Shown here piece after piece: positions 38,639 through 53,264 of a stretch of 64,000 bases of DNA. The DNA is from Lingula anatina (taxonomy: Eukaryota; Animalia; Brachiopoda): NCBI GenBank assembly GCA_051362555.1, contig CM120645.1, positions 5,084,001-5,148,000 of the forward strand, written 5' to 3'. The notes beneath the pieces were generated by a model, which did not search any database, was not told where the DNA came from, and worked only from the letters and a program-made list of their open reading frames with translations. The position numbers and the translations under genes are program-made. Position 1 is the stretch's first letter; every line of letters starts with the position of its first letter.

Positions 38639-40142
38639 CCCCCTCCCATCCACCAGACACCCCTGCACTATTGCTACTATTGGTTTAACTCTATTTAACT
38701 TACTTTAATCATCTCCTCGTAGGTCAGGAATAACACGTTGGGCTTATTGCGAGCATGTTCCCACCAAGATAGGACGTTTTCCCACCACATACCCCATTCG
38801 ACTGAAATACAAAGAGCAGAGGGCGATTTTTTTTACATATTAACAGAGATGACTTGAGCTTGACGTAATTAATGCTTGGCTGAAAATATCTTATGCACAA
38901 CTGCTGCATTTACATTGTATATTAAAATTGAAAATTAAAAAAAAAATTAATGTACGCACAGAGGGTAAAAATTGCAATAATCGATGGCAGTCCTTTTTCA
39001 GTTTCGACGGATCCAAATTCAACGACTGCTCGAGAAACCACGTCTGGATATAATGTTATTTGTAAAAAGGAGAATTTGAAATTCTGCAGGTAGAATGAAA
39101 GTAAAAAACAAATTATGTTTGAAGGAATTAAGTCATTCGCATTAAAAATCAATGACATTAATTTTGATCCCGGTATTTGATCACGATATACTCTAACAAC
39201 GTTTAGCATCTAACAATTTATAATGTATATTCCATTCAAAAAATATGAATGAAAATTACATTATGTTTTTTAAACTTAAACCCACATTTGGGCCCTTCCG
39301 TAAATAACTTGAAAAATCCATTCCACGTTCCTTCGTAATTGTAGTCAATGATCCCTTTGCTATGGTTATAAAAACTGACAGCGACATCTTTCGGATTGCG
39401 CATAACATAGACGATCTTACAGTTCTTCCGCCAAACATCGGGCGGTATTCGGTGATACGACAAATGGGTGTCCAGTACCCTCGGGGAGGGAATGTTGTCC
39501 AGATGATCCTGGTCTCTTTCCTCGAAGAATCCCATAGTTTTTGGGATGTCGTTTATCTTAGCGTTACCGTTTATCAGCATGTGAACTATTTCCCAGGTCC
39601 AATGTGTGCCTGAAACGGACAGTAAAAGTTCCGAGTGCTCTCCTGTCAGTGGCCTCGTTACAGAAGTACATACAGACATTAGGTTATAATTATAATGGTA
39701 ACGGCTTCGAGACTGGGGTGTGAGAGAATTTTTAATCCTCACCTGTGAAAATTGGGTTTGAACATTCCAGCGGAATTATTTGTTGAATGTTGTAATAGAA
39801 AAGTTCTAAAAGTTCATAAAACATTTTTATTTTATTCATCTAAATGCCCAATTTGTGATTAAATATTGGATTTCAATGATTTCAGCTATACAAGAATCAT
39901 AACTCCACTTGCATTTGATATTAAAGTCATGAGAAAACGAAACCGAAAGCGCAGTGGGTTCTGTATACCATACCTGACTTTGGATAAGTGCTCACCCAGA
40001 CGTCATCTGGCCTGGCTTCAAACTTATCAGCAGCTGCCAGCCGTTCTTCTATGCCGGGAAAGTCGCAGTACATCTCTCCTGGACGCACCTCGTTCCACGT
40101 GATCTCGTGACCCTCCCCGTCTTTCACTTTGACGACTGGCAT
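37666..40142 (-). CDS. Cytosolic sulfotransferase (SULT1-like, Sulfotransfer_1), 5 exons
   Basis: Exons 40142-39974 (RPDDVWVSTYPKSG), 39609-39286 (THW...SPRVLDTHL...RNPKDVAVSFY), 38801-38704 (WGMWWENVLSWW...LTYEEMIK), 38352-38187 (..MYRKG), 37778-37666 (KVGDWKNWFTVAQNE); all PAPS-binding motifs present. Confidence 0.93.
38515..38635. repeat. (CA)n/(CACG)n/(CT)n microsatellite cluster
   Basis: Directly visible in SULT intron. Confidence 0.9.
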
Positions 40143-40195
40143 TTCGTCTGTCTATAAGTCTGTTATGATAAAAAATATGATAGTGTTGTACCCTC

Positions 40196-40320
40196 TACCA
40201 GGGTCACAAATGGATTTTTTCACCAGATATCCACAGATGTGTCTCTGGCTTACTCATGACCAGATTCTCTGTTCGCACTAGAGAAAAGTACACGGGTGAT
40301 TTATCCTTGCGGCCCTGGTA
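40196..40320. mobile_element. Small MITE-like element
   Basis: Inverted termini taccagggtcaca / tgcggccctggta; similar left end near 50609. Confidence 0.4.
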
Positions 40321-41259
40321 GCACAAAGTTCATGCGCTAGCACTCATATTGACGATTTTGATATACATACTGGCTGTCAGAATCGTCAATGGGAGTGCTA
40401 GCGCATGAATTTTGTGCTACGGCCCAGGTAGAGGGTAACATTTTTGAGATAAAAACATAATTGGCGGATCCTGGGGGGGGGCCAAGTGGGTAATGCCCCC
40501 CCCCCCCCCCCCCCCCACACACACACAGTTTGGAGGAACCCCTTCCTCTTCTCACCTCAAGGCAGTCTTTTTCTTATCTCCTACATATTAAGAATATTAA
40601 CAATCTGTGTCATAAACTTTTCAACTTACTTGCCATTCGGACCACCACTCTTCTATATAAAATCAATAATATTTATACTGCCTGGTCCCAATCAACAACC
40701 GACCTCTTAACATCTGGATACGCCAATGCAACTCAACTAATAATACTGCCACCCAGAATTTCAGGGTTAACTGTTCTGTATATTATAAGTTGGTTACAAC
40801 TGCTTGTCACCCACTGTCTCGGATGCGCCTCGATGACTACAATCTTGTATATCCTATATACAGTGGACGACTCTAGTTGTAACTGTAGTACAGTAGGCCT
40901 ACTACTTGTATGATGACCTATAAACTGTACGCCACATACCTTCTGCAACACGACAAATAAATTCTGATTATATTACTCGTTTGTATATTAATACACCGAA
41001 TTGGTATTGATATATAAAGAGACAAAATTGCTGAAGAGAACTTACCAAACGCTGGTCACACTAGTATTAACATGTATGGGTGATCGTGTATTTTGCACTG
41101 GCTGCATATGTAGGTCACAGCTATAGGTCACAGATGGGGAACAAGTCTCAGGATAACCTGATTTAGGGTGTATGTGGGCTTAATGTGTCCATTGATGCGT
41201 AATATGCACTTGTATGTGGATGGTTTCATGCATTCTGGCTAAAGCCCTTTGACTTCACC

Positions 41260-41442
41260 CAGGCCCGTAGTCAGTCATTTCAGGGGGGGTAGTTTTCTAA
41301 AAAAGTGGACCTTTTACCATTCTAATTTAAAAATCCCCAAGTACATAGATCAAATTTTACCCAGGGTGGACCTTTTCCCAGCAAAAAAGGTGGTTCTTTC
41401 GAACCCCCTCCCCCCCCCCCCCTCCCCTTGACTACGGGCCTG
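41260..41442. mobile_element. MITE-like element
   Basis: 14-bp TIR caggcccgtagtca ... tgactacgggcctg with internal G and C tracts; related degraded copies near 18829-18972 and 6660-6810. Confidence 0.7.
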
Positions 41443-41630
41443 TGACATCGTTATTTCTGTTGCCGAAGTCGCATGTCGGGCCGAGCTGTAGTAATCCGTT
41501 ATCAGGGGGCATATATGGTTAGATAACCAACAGGTCCCAAACTTGTTGTTATAGTCGTGTTGTCTGTATAAAATAAGGAGCAAGGAGGGGTGGGGGCGGT
41601 GCAGGCCGGGTTTATATATATCCGAAATTA

Positions 41631-41814
41631 TAGACCGCATTCAGAACAGTGGTCTAACTAGTCCGATGGTCGAATATGGACGACCCACTTGAATACTTTC
41701 CCAGGCTAGGGTAATTTATTCAGAGTCTCTTAGCGGATAAGACGGCAAGCTTTTTAGCGTGTCGCCGTGTTTGACCCGCGGACTAGTTAGTTCAATGTTC
41801 TGAATGCAGCCTTA
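41631..41814. mobile_element. MITE-like element with long imperfect TIRs
   Basis: gcattcagaaca...taactagtccg...ggtc mirrored by gacccgcggactagttag...tgttctgaatgc; second partial copy at ~51380-51444. Confidence 0.7.
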
Positions 41815-43062
41815 GTCAATATAGTTTGCTCCCCCGTTTTTTAACCACGACTGTCGTAAGAACCAAAAGAACGGAAGCAGGGATGCTTAGGGACACTGCG
41901 GGGTTGGTTCTTTGAGATAAATGTATATACGTCAAAGTCAAATCAACAAAATAAAAAAGTCATTACCGTGACAGCTGGTACGCCTGACACTCGAAATGTG
42001 AACTAAAACAAATAGAAACAAACAATTCAGTAAACGTGATGAGAGATTTTCAATGTATCTAGGTCCATTAAATACAAAAAAAAAATCGAAAAATGAAGTT
42101 AAAGATATATTCACGAATTCTACTTTTTTCTAAAACTGGCATCACTGTGGTCGTAGAATAAGAAAGGAGGCACAAGCATCGCTTTGGTTGCAGAATGAAT
42201 GCTCAATGATCGGCCAGTTTGCGACACAAAGATTTTTTTTACTCTCAAACGGGGCCGTACTACGGGACGCAGAAACGACGCCGTCCAGTGTAAAGAGTCT
42301 TAACCATGACCCCGAACAGTCACCGCCCAGTGAGCTGTGTTACGTACGTCTGAGTTGACCGAGGGGGGGGGGGGGGGTCGGTTTTTGCCCTACAAAGGTT
42401 CATTTTTATTTAAAATTTGAACTGCGTAAACACAGCCCGATCAACATATTTTCATTCTGATAAGCTGGAAACAGGGTGATTTGTTACGCTCAGATTTGTG
42501 CGCATAATCGATGTCACATACGATACTCGATCAGGCGTCCAACTTTAAGCTAGGGGTGACAGAGCCTGATTAGAGATCATAAAGTAGACAGCAAGTATGC
42601 CTAGATATCTGTATGTTCGGTCCAGACTCACACCGCGAATCAGGGAGAAATGAACCCTGAATCATGAATACAGGCACACACTGTGCAAAGTGCTACTAGT
42701 GTACTTATTGCTGCAGTGATTAATTCTCGTTGAATTCAAAATTATCTTCAGATCCGAGTCCAAATATCCGAAATATATGAAATGTGAACCCTTATGCCCA
42801 ACCAAGGCAGGGGCCTACTGCACATGCAGCCTTGTCAGGTCACCAGCTGCACAGCTCAGTCGGCTGTTCACCAATGCAGGTCCGTACATTGTAGCCACTG
42901 GCCCGAAGTCAGTGAAGTAGGTCGTGAAGTAATTATTATCTAGTCCAGCTCCCACAAAAGAAATACAGAGTAGGCCTATTGGATTACATTTTGACAATAC
43001 ATAGGGGCGTATCCCACATCCTTGTAGATAGTAGGCTAGCTACTTCTGACAAGGTAACAAAC

Positions 43063-43493
43063 ATGTCGGGATTCAAGGTGATAGCTCAGATAGTTTTATA
43101 TTTGAGCAAAGCAATGGCAGACCTTGTTGATTTGGTCACGTGGATCATTTTCAAAAGACGCCTGACACCTCTAACGGAAGAGAGTTTGCTTGAAGGTTTC
43201 ACACGCGAGGAAAAGTATGACGTTAACGGACTGCTGTCTACTGCCCTGGTGGATCCGGTGTGGTATGACGGTTTTGGCGTTGTTGTGAAATGTTTTCGGG
43301 AGGATCCCACCATTTGTGCCCTAGGTCGCATCATTATTGACATGCAAATGAGAAGACTGCTTAGAAATAGGCTTAATATTTACAAATCCCTCTCTGGACA
43401 CGATTATCCTGAGGTATGTATATTATAAGATGGCTTTTGGTAAACTGCTTGCGATCCCTTCTTTCTTTGGGTTTTTGTTTACTGTCAATGTGT

Positions 43494-43552
<59 letters not shown>

Positions 43553-45363
43553 GTGTAGCTCCATATCTTTTGATCCTCTGTACTTGAACATTCTCACTCT
43601 AGGTTTTCAGACTGTAAAGATCCAGTATTTCTTAGCAGAGTGTTCCCATTGGATATTCTTTATTGGGGTTATCCATAATGCCTTGTCTTCGATACTCTTA
43701 TTACCACCTTTTGCTTCGTAATTTTCAGATCTCTCTCTCTCTCTCTGTCTCTCTCTCTCTCTCACTATCAGTTTTGCCAGTTTCAGATATCGCGCCCAAT
43801 ATTCCTAATTGGTCCCATGCGATCGGGAACTACTTTACTCCAAGAGTTGTTAGTTCTGGACGACCGTCACACATCGCCGCTGTTTTATGAATCAAGATAC
43901 CCCGTCCGGATATCCAATTCCGACATTGTCAAGAGAGTAAAAATTTTTATGGGTAATGTTGATGTTGCCATTTAAAATGCTCATGCTTTTAAGAGTTTTG
44001 ACCCTTTGATTTTACAATGAATGACTCTATAATAGTTGTTTAATGGCCATTAGTCTTGACTTCTTTGAACTAGTTTGATGTGTCTTGGTTTTAATGAATA
44101 AGTCACTATTTAGTATATAGCCGTTGGTTGGTTACTATAGGCCGTGTATTTATCTTTTTCTTACTTTTTGCAAACCGATGCCATTTCCGATGCAGGTGTG
44201 GACCTTAGGCCTATCTTATCACCGACTTGTGAATCAGTAGGGGCCTAAGCGTCTAATCAAACAAACACGAGTATAATAAATATTAGTAGATTTTTTACTG
44301 CATTGTATATTTTATGTTGCTTTTATTTTCATTAGTATTTTTACTTACTCCAGACATTAACCACTTCCTCTTCCCATCGCTTCGGAGCATTCACGATCTT
44401 GGCCATGACAAACCGCACGAGTGCTGCCACCTTTTGGAACATTCTTTTATTTCCAAATATGTCACGATGTGCTGTCAGGGCACTAATGACTACATTAAAT
44501 GGTTGAGGACAAGGACCACCGACGATATGGTCAAAGTTTACCAGTTACACAAGCTACAACTTCAATTGATTCTAGGGTCCAGATCAAGTACGTTTTTGAA
44601 ATATATTATTTTTCGAAATGTTTTTTACTTAAGATTTTACTTTATTCAAGGAAAAGCGATTTAGTGAATAGTATGAAAGAACAGCTAATTTTATCCTTAA
44701 CGAGTTGGTAGTAATCTTTTATTAAAAGGTCAAATGAAGTGAATGAATACCCTAGAATAAATCATTTCTAAAAGGCGTTTTTGAACATAGTGAAATAATA
44801 TTATTAAATGAAATTAAGTTTGTTTTCCTTTTCAAGGTCCAACGACACCACAACAGAGACTTGTGCTAAAAGATTCTATCCACTGTTCAAATATAGAGGC
44901 GTTGTTGACGGTTTACCCAGACGCAATTTTGGTGCACACCTATCGCAATCCAGTCACAACCGTGGCATCCGGGTGTTCCATGGCGGAGACCTTTCGTAAC
45001 TTTTACTGTAAAAATGGTGGAATCAACTTCAAAAGGCTTGGTCACCAAATGTTAACTACCCCTTTGTTCAACGGTGGTAACGAGCTTGTAAGGTATAGAA
45101 AGAGTCACCCCGAACACGAAGATAAATTCATTGACATACAATACCAAGAGCTTGAAGACGACCCGATTAGTGTCTTGAAGTCGGTGTATGAAAGAGTAGG
45201 GGTCAAAATGACAGATGACACCTTGCGGAACTTAGAAGCATATGTGAAGGAACATCCTCGACACAAGCATGGCGTACATAGGTACAATCTTGAAAAGTAT
45301 GGGATTTCTGAAAGAGACGTTCGAGAATATTTTAAAGAGTACATTCAATACTTTGAAAAGTAG
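43063..45363 (+). CDS. Bacterial-type sulfotransferase (Sulfotransfer_3-like), 4 exons
   Basis: Exons 43063-43413, 43787-43952 ([22 protein letters not shown], 5'PSB), 44354-44587 ([12 protein letters not shown]), 44837-45363 ([22 protein letters not shown] 3'[26 protein letters not shown]); phases 0,1,1 consistent. Confidence 0.88.
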
Positions 45364-46242
45364 TTTTTTTCCTAATGAAGAGTGTCTGGAACATAAGCAG
45401 GGTTTGATCGATGAATTATAAATATTATTTTTCAAAAAGAGTTTTTTAATCTGTAGTAATGCAGTTTCTACGATATTTTTCTGTTTAATTTTCTTCATAT
45501 AACGTTTTTTAAATGACGAATATCAGTTAACTAAGGATAAGGCGGAATAGACATAGTCATATGACAAGCATTTACATTAGAAGATAGGCCTACACTTATT
45601 ATGAATGATCATGACACATCACGGTAGAAAGTCTCTCAGCGCAGAAGTGGGAATAACTTAATTGGAATTTATACATAATGTACTGGCGAAGAGTAACTTT
45701 CATTATCACAAAGTGATCTAACATTGGCTTGCTAATATAAGATTCATCTATTTGAATTAATTATTGGTACATTTATTTTTATAATGATATAAGTACATAT
45801 ATTATTATCAAGTAAATAATCTGGCAACCAATGAAGGGTTGAATGAAAAGTCAGATAAAATCTACTTGCTGATATATATTAAAATATTGATAAATATTAA
45901 AACCCGAGATAACATTCCATTTTATTCATTAAAGCAATTTAAACAACTGAATGTTTTAAAAGTTAACCGGTCGGCTTTGAAACTTGTATGTTGTATTTGT
46001 TATAATGCCACCCATTGTTTTTTAATGTTTTGGTCTTTTGGATGTTCAGATATCCGTAGTGAATAATTAACAATTTATCTTGTTCCTTGAAGGTAACGTC
46101 ACAATTACGTCAATAAAGATTTTTGTTCTAGCACATATATGGCAGTCGTTTTAAGTATCAACTTGAATTGTTATTTGATAATTATGGCACTTTTGCAAAC
46201 GCAAGAGACTGCAATAAATCATTATTATAATGATCAAGAAGT

Positions 46243-46277
<35 letters not shown>

Positions 46278-47844
46278 CGTGATTGTGTGTGTGAATGAGT
46301 GATGTAGAGTGATCCATTTTTCAATCACTTTTTTAATTGCCTGATGCTTGCTATGGTAATAATCTGAACAATTATCTGCGTACCAATGTAGGCTACTTAT
46401 TACATGGGTAGCGTTGTAAAGTTATCTGCCATCTACAGGAAGTCTCCAGGTTTATCGACCGACGACCCCGTTTATTAGTGGGATTGTAGTTTGCGGAGGA
46501 AATTAGATTAGTTTGCTAGGGTGGCAATTTCCCCATTGCAGAGCCTTTCTTTTACCGGACTAAGGCTTAGGTTATTTATCTTCCAAGATAGTGTTTTTGT
46601 AGAACTTGGATTTAAATGGGCTTTGCCAATAAGCGCTTAAAATATATTGATCAGTGCAAACAAACATTCAAATGGCCTGTGTATACAATTTTCGATTTTC
46701 CGGTTGCTCTTTCTTCTGAGTAATTTGTTAAAGCATGGAAAATAGTGGAAAACTCTGCTCAGAGTGAAACATGTCTGAATGTAACTGTTAAAGCTGCCCG
46801 TGGTCTTACACCCCATTCTCATAGATTAGATCGACCTACATTGGATCGACCTAACTCCCTGGGGGTTCACGCTAAATATCTGTCAGCCGGGCGGACACGA
46901 AAGTTAATTACCCCTTATAGCTTGTAGTAGGCGGGGACGGACACTTAAGGCGGATTATCTGACAGTAATCTAGTGAGACTCCCCGCGGTGATAGATCGAT
47001 CTAAAAGTTGTGAGAACAGAGCCTTGGACATAATAATGTTATTAGGTCCAAGCCGTGGTTCAACAACAGAAAAAGCAATGAACGTTACTTGCTGCCTTAA
47101 TTCCACGCACTGCAAACAAATTAAGTACTGTGCTTCCTTTATCAAACCAGGATTATCAAGTATAGGTATCTTTTCCTATCCGTAAAACATTATTATTGTT
47201 ATACTGTTCTTTTGGGTGTCCTTTAACCTTTAATGTATTCACTGCCATTCAACGGCTAATAAAAAGCATTAACATATACATCCAGGGTCAATACTATAAA
47301 TTGATACACGCCACTTTCTCCATGGTCACTAATGGACAGGAAGTATCGCTCAATACAAAACACCAAGTCTGAAAATATCTCTTTAATTCCATTGATCTCA
47401 TTGAGCTTTTTATTACACTGATATTATGTCGCAGATTTGTAAAAGCGCACGTGTGATTTTGTCCTTTTTAGAGTGCCGTATGCGAGAGCCTCTTTAAACA
47501 GCGACCGATACAAATCCCATTAGATAAACCGAAAACTAAATGGAATATATGTCTCGAATGACACACATTGATTTTTAGCAACAACAAACTTATAAAGACA
47601 TTGGGCGATACTGATACTTCATTCTCTGTCTCGCAACGATCACAGTTCAGCGCAGTAAATAATACAATTTCGCATCTGTGTATTAAATATATGTGCACAT
47701 TTATCATGTATTTGAAGTAGCTTTAAAAGGTTTCATCTGCTGTAAGTTTATATACTGGAAGCTTATATACTGGCAAATTAGTCTCAAAGGCACTGATTTG
47801 ATGCTTCTCAACACACCGCTGGCGTTCTTGACATCATAAAAAAC

Positions 47845-50800
47845 ATGGATGAGCGTTTGGCCGATTTGGCGATTGTCGCCTTAGCGACGTTTATTCTTGT
47901 GGAGGCTGGAAGCGACCGATTTTGCCAAACATTTGGAGAGCACATTTACTGCCAGGTAAGTATTGAAAACCCTGGGGGGGGGGGGGGGGGGGGGGGGGGG
48001 AGGGGGGGTTCTCGCGGTGATTTCCTAAATTAAGCTTCATTACGCACCTCGGCCCCTGTTTCTGAGAAAAAGGCTTTTGTTTTCACTTAGACAGCTAAAA
48101 GCGGGAGGTTACTGTATTTTACAAGTCGAATTTGTGACATTGCCAAAGAGTGTTTTACGAACGATTAGATAACAATGGAATATTGTTTTGTAGTTTACAT
48201 ATCGGAGTAGTTTGTTTCCAACAACAGAAGTGAAAAACATCATTTAGATGAGAACAGTTTGCTTCGGGGATCAATTTCAAAAATAGACAATCGTCCCGTT
48301 TGGTAAATATCGTGTATTACTCGTACATGTAGATACATAGCAGCCTTTTTCGACTTGAGCCATTTTGTAAAGCGGATTTGTCAAACGGATCCCTGAAAAT
48401 TCTTAAACAGAAACTTACGCCGCGATGATTCATAGATGCAGTGGACAAATTCAATTATCGTATTTTCTATTGTCTTTCTTTCTCACAACACCTTCTCGTC
48501 AATATAGGCTGCAGTAACCTATGATTGATTCTTACTCCTACTACACGACATATCGTGTTGTTTCATAGAACCTAGTTTAGTTCAATCTTATGAAAATTTA
48601 TGAAAATCTAAAGAATATTAAGTAGTATTTATTTAATAAGTCATTGATTTCTTATTTCTTTATTATTAGTCTTTAAGATCACAAAGCATTTGTACATCTT
48701 TGGTAACCATAAAGAAGGGGTATTGTAAGTTTTGTTCACAATAATTAATACAGTGATATATATCTTTATCTATATCTATATTTTCATTACAGAGAAATTC
48801 AACCACAACCACGGAGTGTATGCAGGAATGTGGCAGAGAGCACTGTCTAGATGGCACGTTCGTCAATAAGACCAAAACATGCTTCACTAGGTTCAACAAC
48901 ACACGTGAGTAGTGCGCTGTTATTAATTAATTAATTAATTAATTAATTAATTAATTAATTAATAATTACTTTGTGAACAATAAGAAGAAATTCTGTCTTT
49001 ATTTATCCATCTATTAATCTATCCATTCATTAATTTGTTAAGTTGCTTTTAATTAAGGTATCGGGGATTGCGAGAACATAGGAACAGTCAATATTCAGCA
49101 TTGGACGTACTCCGTAGGTTGGGCTTCCGGCGTTAATAACGCGAAGATACTGGTGAGTTCAATTGGCTAGTCTAATAAACGTCACAATCAAAATTTTCTT
49201 GGATGGATTTGACAATCCACAGTGTGCTAAGTGGCCGAGCCATTCCTATTAGGTGGCACGCGGTCTTTTAAAGTATCCTATATTCGGGAATTTCTCACCA
49301 AATCGAACTTTTCTTGAAAACTAAACTTTTTTTCCAACTCGAACCGTCCCTGGACTTGGATTCGATGTTCCATGCCGTTTCAAATTAAATAATTGAGTTC
49401 TAAATGACTTGCAAGTAACTTAGAAACATTACTAATTATTTTCACGACACGCTTACGTGTGAGACGCAATTAAATGCAGTTAACTCCCTTCCCCAAGTCA
49501 TTTGTTAAATCTTTCACCCACCCTTGAACAACTTAACTTTATTTTACTAGCACGTCGACTACGAGAAGATATACGATTTCACCGGATTGAGGGTGCGCTT
49601 TGCAGGCAATTTACGTTCAGGAACCTCAGCGAATCACGGCTCGGAATTTTATTTCAAATTCAATGATGCCCGGTGCACTTCACCCCACGACATTGACTAC
49701 ATTCACTGGGACAAGCGCGGCGCTAATCACCACATCCATGGAGAATGTACGTACTTTACTAATAGCTTTAATAGTTATCCCCGCCAAGGAGGTTATGTTT
49801 TCACTCTGTTTGTCATCAACATAACTCAAAAAGTTATAGACCGATTTTGATGAAATTTTCAGGAACTGTCAGAAGTGGGCCAAGGATGAGATGATTAGTT
49901 GGTGGTGATCCGGATCAACAATCAATCAATAATCAATAATCAATAATAATCAAAAATCGCTGCCTTGGCGAAGGTCTGCGCTCTCGGAGTGCATTTCTAG
50001 TTTTAATATGTTATATGCCGTCTAATTCTTCTATAATTTAATTTTTATCTTCTGTTGCGCCTTTACTCTTAATTCCGTTATTTCTATCCTCCTGTTTTTT
50101 TTTTCTCAGTCTTTGACCATTTCATAAAGTTAACACAAGTTTTCTCAAGTAGCGCTATATCTTAGCAATACAACTGTACCGGTACGCTTTGTTCTAACAT
50201 GTTATTAGGCTTTTGGACTCCCTTTTGCAAGTTAAGCAGAAGTTAGTTGGGTCGTGTCTGGGGTCTTTGTTTGTGTTACTTTTTCGCATAATCTTGCCAG
50301 GCTATTCAGTTTTTAATCTCTCGAAACATACAGGTACATCCGTACAGCTAAGATATAACGTTTAATTTAAAAATGTATTATTTTCAGTTGAAGGTATATG
50401 TGAGAATCTCCCAGCCGGCTCGATAAGGATCAAGTTCATGGTAACCCAACTGCCCGGCCGCAGTAACGATGCCTATACTGGTTGGAGTGAAGAAGACAGC
50501 TTGACAGTCGAGGAAGTGGACATGAGAGGCAACACAAGTAACTGAGAATCCGTTCTCTTCAATTTTCACCTGAACACGGTGTAGTTACTTAAACGTTCCG
50601 TGATAAACCGGGGTCACAGATTGATTTTTTTCCTCTAGATTTTTTTATTTTTTATTTTGAAAACTTATCAGTCCTTTTAATATACACGTTTCAGTACAAT
50701 ATAACAATACTGTTTCATTGAAGAAAATCGAAAGCGGTCGAGGCAAGATCGCGTGGACAAAGCTGTTCTGCTTTGTGTATAATTTTTTCAGACAAGTGCG

Positions 50801-53179
50801 CAAACTCGTATGAGAGAGAGAGAGAGAGTTCAGTCTGTTATGTTTGTGTTTTGGAAATAAATATAACTAAACTATTTTCTTTATAGCACCATGCGCTCAC
50901 TTGAATACACTCAATGTTAAACAACATTCCATTGAATCAATGGCAGATGAAACTAACAACGGGACCTTGAATGCTACGGTAAGCCTGTTACTATTCTATT
51001 TACAGGTAAAGAGGTTTTAGAAAAGAATACCTGAACCGAAATTGTGTGAGAGATAAATATAGTATTATAATTATATATTTGGTCATAGACCGCCCACTTT
51101 TTACTTGCTTTTGCCCATTAAATTGAAGAAAAAAATGGTCAGTAAGTTTTCATGACAAGATTTTATGACTCGTTGCATTTGCCTTTCTAAATTTTATTGC
51201 TCTTTTAGCTTGGCTGGTGTGACAACCGTACAATTTGATTATAGAGAAATCAATTTTCCTTTATTCTCATGATATTAACTTCTAGTTGGCGGCTTAGGGT
51301 TCATTCGCAATCTTTCTATCGATCCGACTCCGACCCAGTTGAATACTTCCCCACGGGGAATCTATTCAATGTCTTTTAGCTTTTTAGTGGGTCGCCATAT
51401 TTGACCCGCGGACTAGTTAGTCTACTGTTCTGAAGGCAGCCTTATATACCAGAAGTTCTCTGACTGTTCAGTGTACCTCAGTTGTACATATATTTTATAA
51501 TATAGAATATATAATATTCAATTATTTATGCCACGTTTTTCTATGTTAAGGTGTTTACGTTCACTAAAGAGGCCCACGATACAGCAATTAGACTTCGATG
51601 GATAGGTTCTCTTTTTGGCAAGAAGAGCGCAGAAGGACCCGCCTGCTTAAGGTTTTTCTTCACCATCAACGGAAAAGAATGCCGCCGTTCCGGACCGATA
51701 GATGGCGCAATGGCTTGGCTGGAGGACACCAATTCTAACACTGAGATGCAAATTACTAAAATTAGTAAGAATTTTCTTTTCTTTTCATTTCGCCCCCCCC
51801 CCCCCCCAATTGTTTTTTAAATAGTGTCATGTGCTAAAACTTTTGCTGGGTACTGCAGGACAAACCAATTGACCGCAGCCCACTACTTTTTATTGAAAAT
51901 ATAATTCCTTAAGTTATGCGAGTTAGAAGAGTTTGGATAATCTTGTAAATGTTGATGACACTCAAAAATATTTTTTTAAAAAAGAAGAGTTTGGACGATC
52001 TTGTAAATGTTGATGACAGTCAAAAATATTTTTTTAAAAGAAAATATGTTCTGATAAGCAATTCTCTCATTTAAGTTGAGGGTATATGCGAAAACCTGCT
52101 CGCGGGATCGCACCAGATAGCCCTGAACACCGGGGACTGTCTTCACGGGGACTACCAGCGCATGGAAGCCAAGACAGGGGACATGGGGACCTCCAGGATT
52201 ATAGCAGAAGAAATTAGGCTGAGAAGGCAACAGGGAACACGAGGTTGTTTTCTTAAAAAAGCTTATTAATTTCATCGTCACCCCCCCCCCCCCCCCCCCC
52301 CCACTCATCTGTCTACCTACCCATCCAGCACTCAAAATACACTCAAAATAGACTTGTTGGTAACTTGAGGATTTCGCTTATTTATAATACTGTGCTTATG
52401 TTGAAGGAGATAAATTCACCCAGTTTAGAGTCCGGTTTTTAGGCCAATTTCCAATGCCAGATAAAAGTATATGGGGGTCCTCGTTATTTGTCTTATTCTA
52501 AAGATCTGCATATAAACATAAAGATAAGAACAAGTATACATGTAATTTTTAACGCTTAATATTTCAGCTCCCAATTCCGTATTCAACATTCGCTACTGGA
52601 ACTGGTACAATCTGAACATCACAGGAGATGGAGAAATCGTGGTAAGTACTGGACCTTTCAGAAATGAGTTAGTGCGAACTTAACCTAGCTATAGTGCGCG
52701 CTAATTCCACGGGGACTCTCGCTGCATGCAATCAGATTAACAGACTATCGCCTACTTTTGTTTTCAACACACTCGTATAGTCACCAGGTTCTGTACATTC
52801 TTCTCAACGTCAGGAGGAGGCGTGTTGGTCAGTGAATCTGATTGCATTCAGCAAGAGTCCCAGGGGAGGCGGTAGGCACAAGTTAGTAAACGCCCCATAG
52901 GCCTATACCATAATTTTAATCACATATCTAGCTAACACTTCTCTCACAACGATCGAAATTTTAATTTTAAGTAATATTTTTTCCAAATAGATTTTGGTCG
53001 TCTTTAGTAAGTATTTTGAACAGTGATTTGCTGTTATGCGAGCTTTATACCTATGTTGTCAGGGAATGATATCGTCGATATAACGATATAATTCCCTGGT
53101 TTGGTCTAATGCCCGTATCCTAATACTAAGCTGAATCTGCGAAAATAGTCCGCATAGAGCGTTAAATCTCATTTTGGGA

Positions 53180-53264
<85 letters not shown>

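Noticed and set aside
38358-38708. 116-aa His/Thr/Leu-Ser rich ORF
   Set aside because: Microsatellite translation inside a SULT intron
40530-40913. 127-aa ORF between the sulfotransferases
   Set aside because: Non-ATG start, no motif or clear splice support
43063-45363. Bacterial contamination as the source of the bacterial-type sulfotransferase
   Set aside because: Has phase-consistent GT-AG introns containing host-type microsatellites
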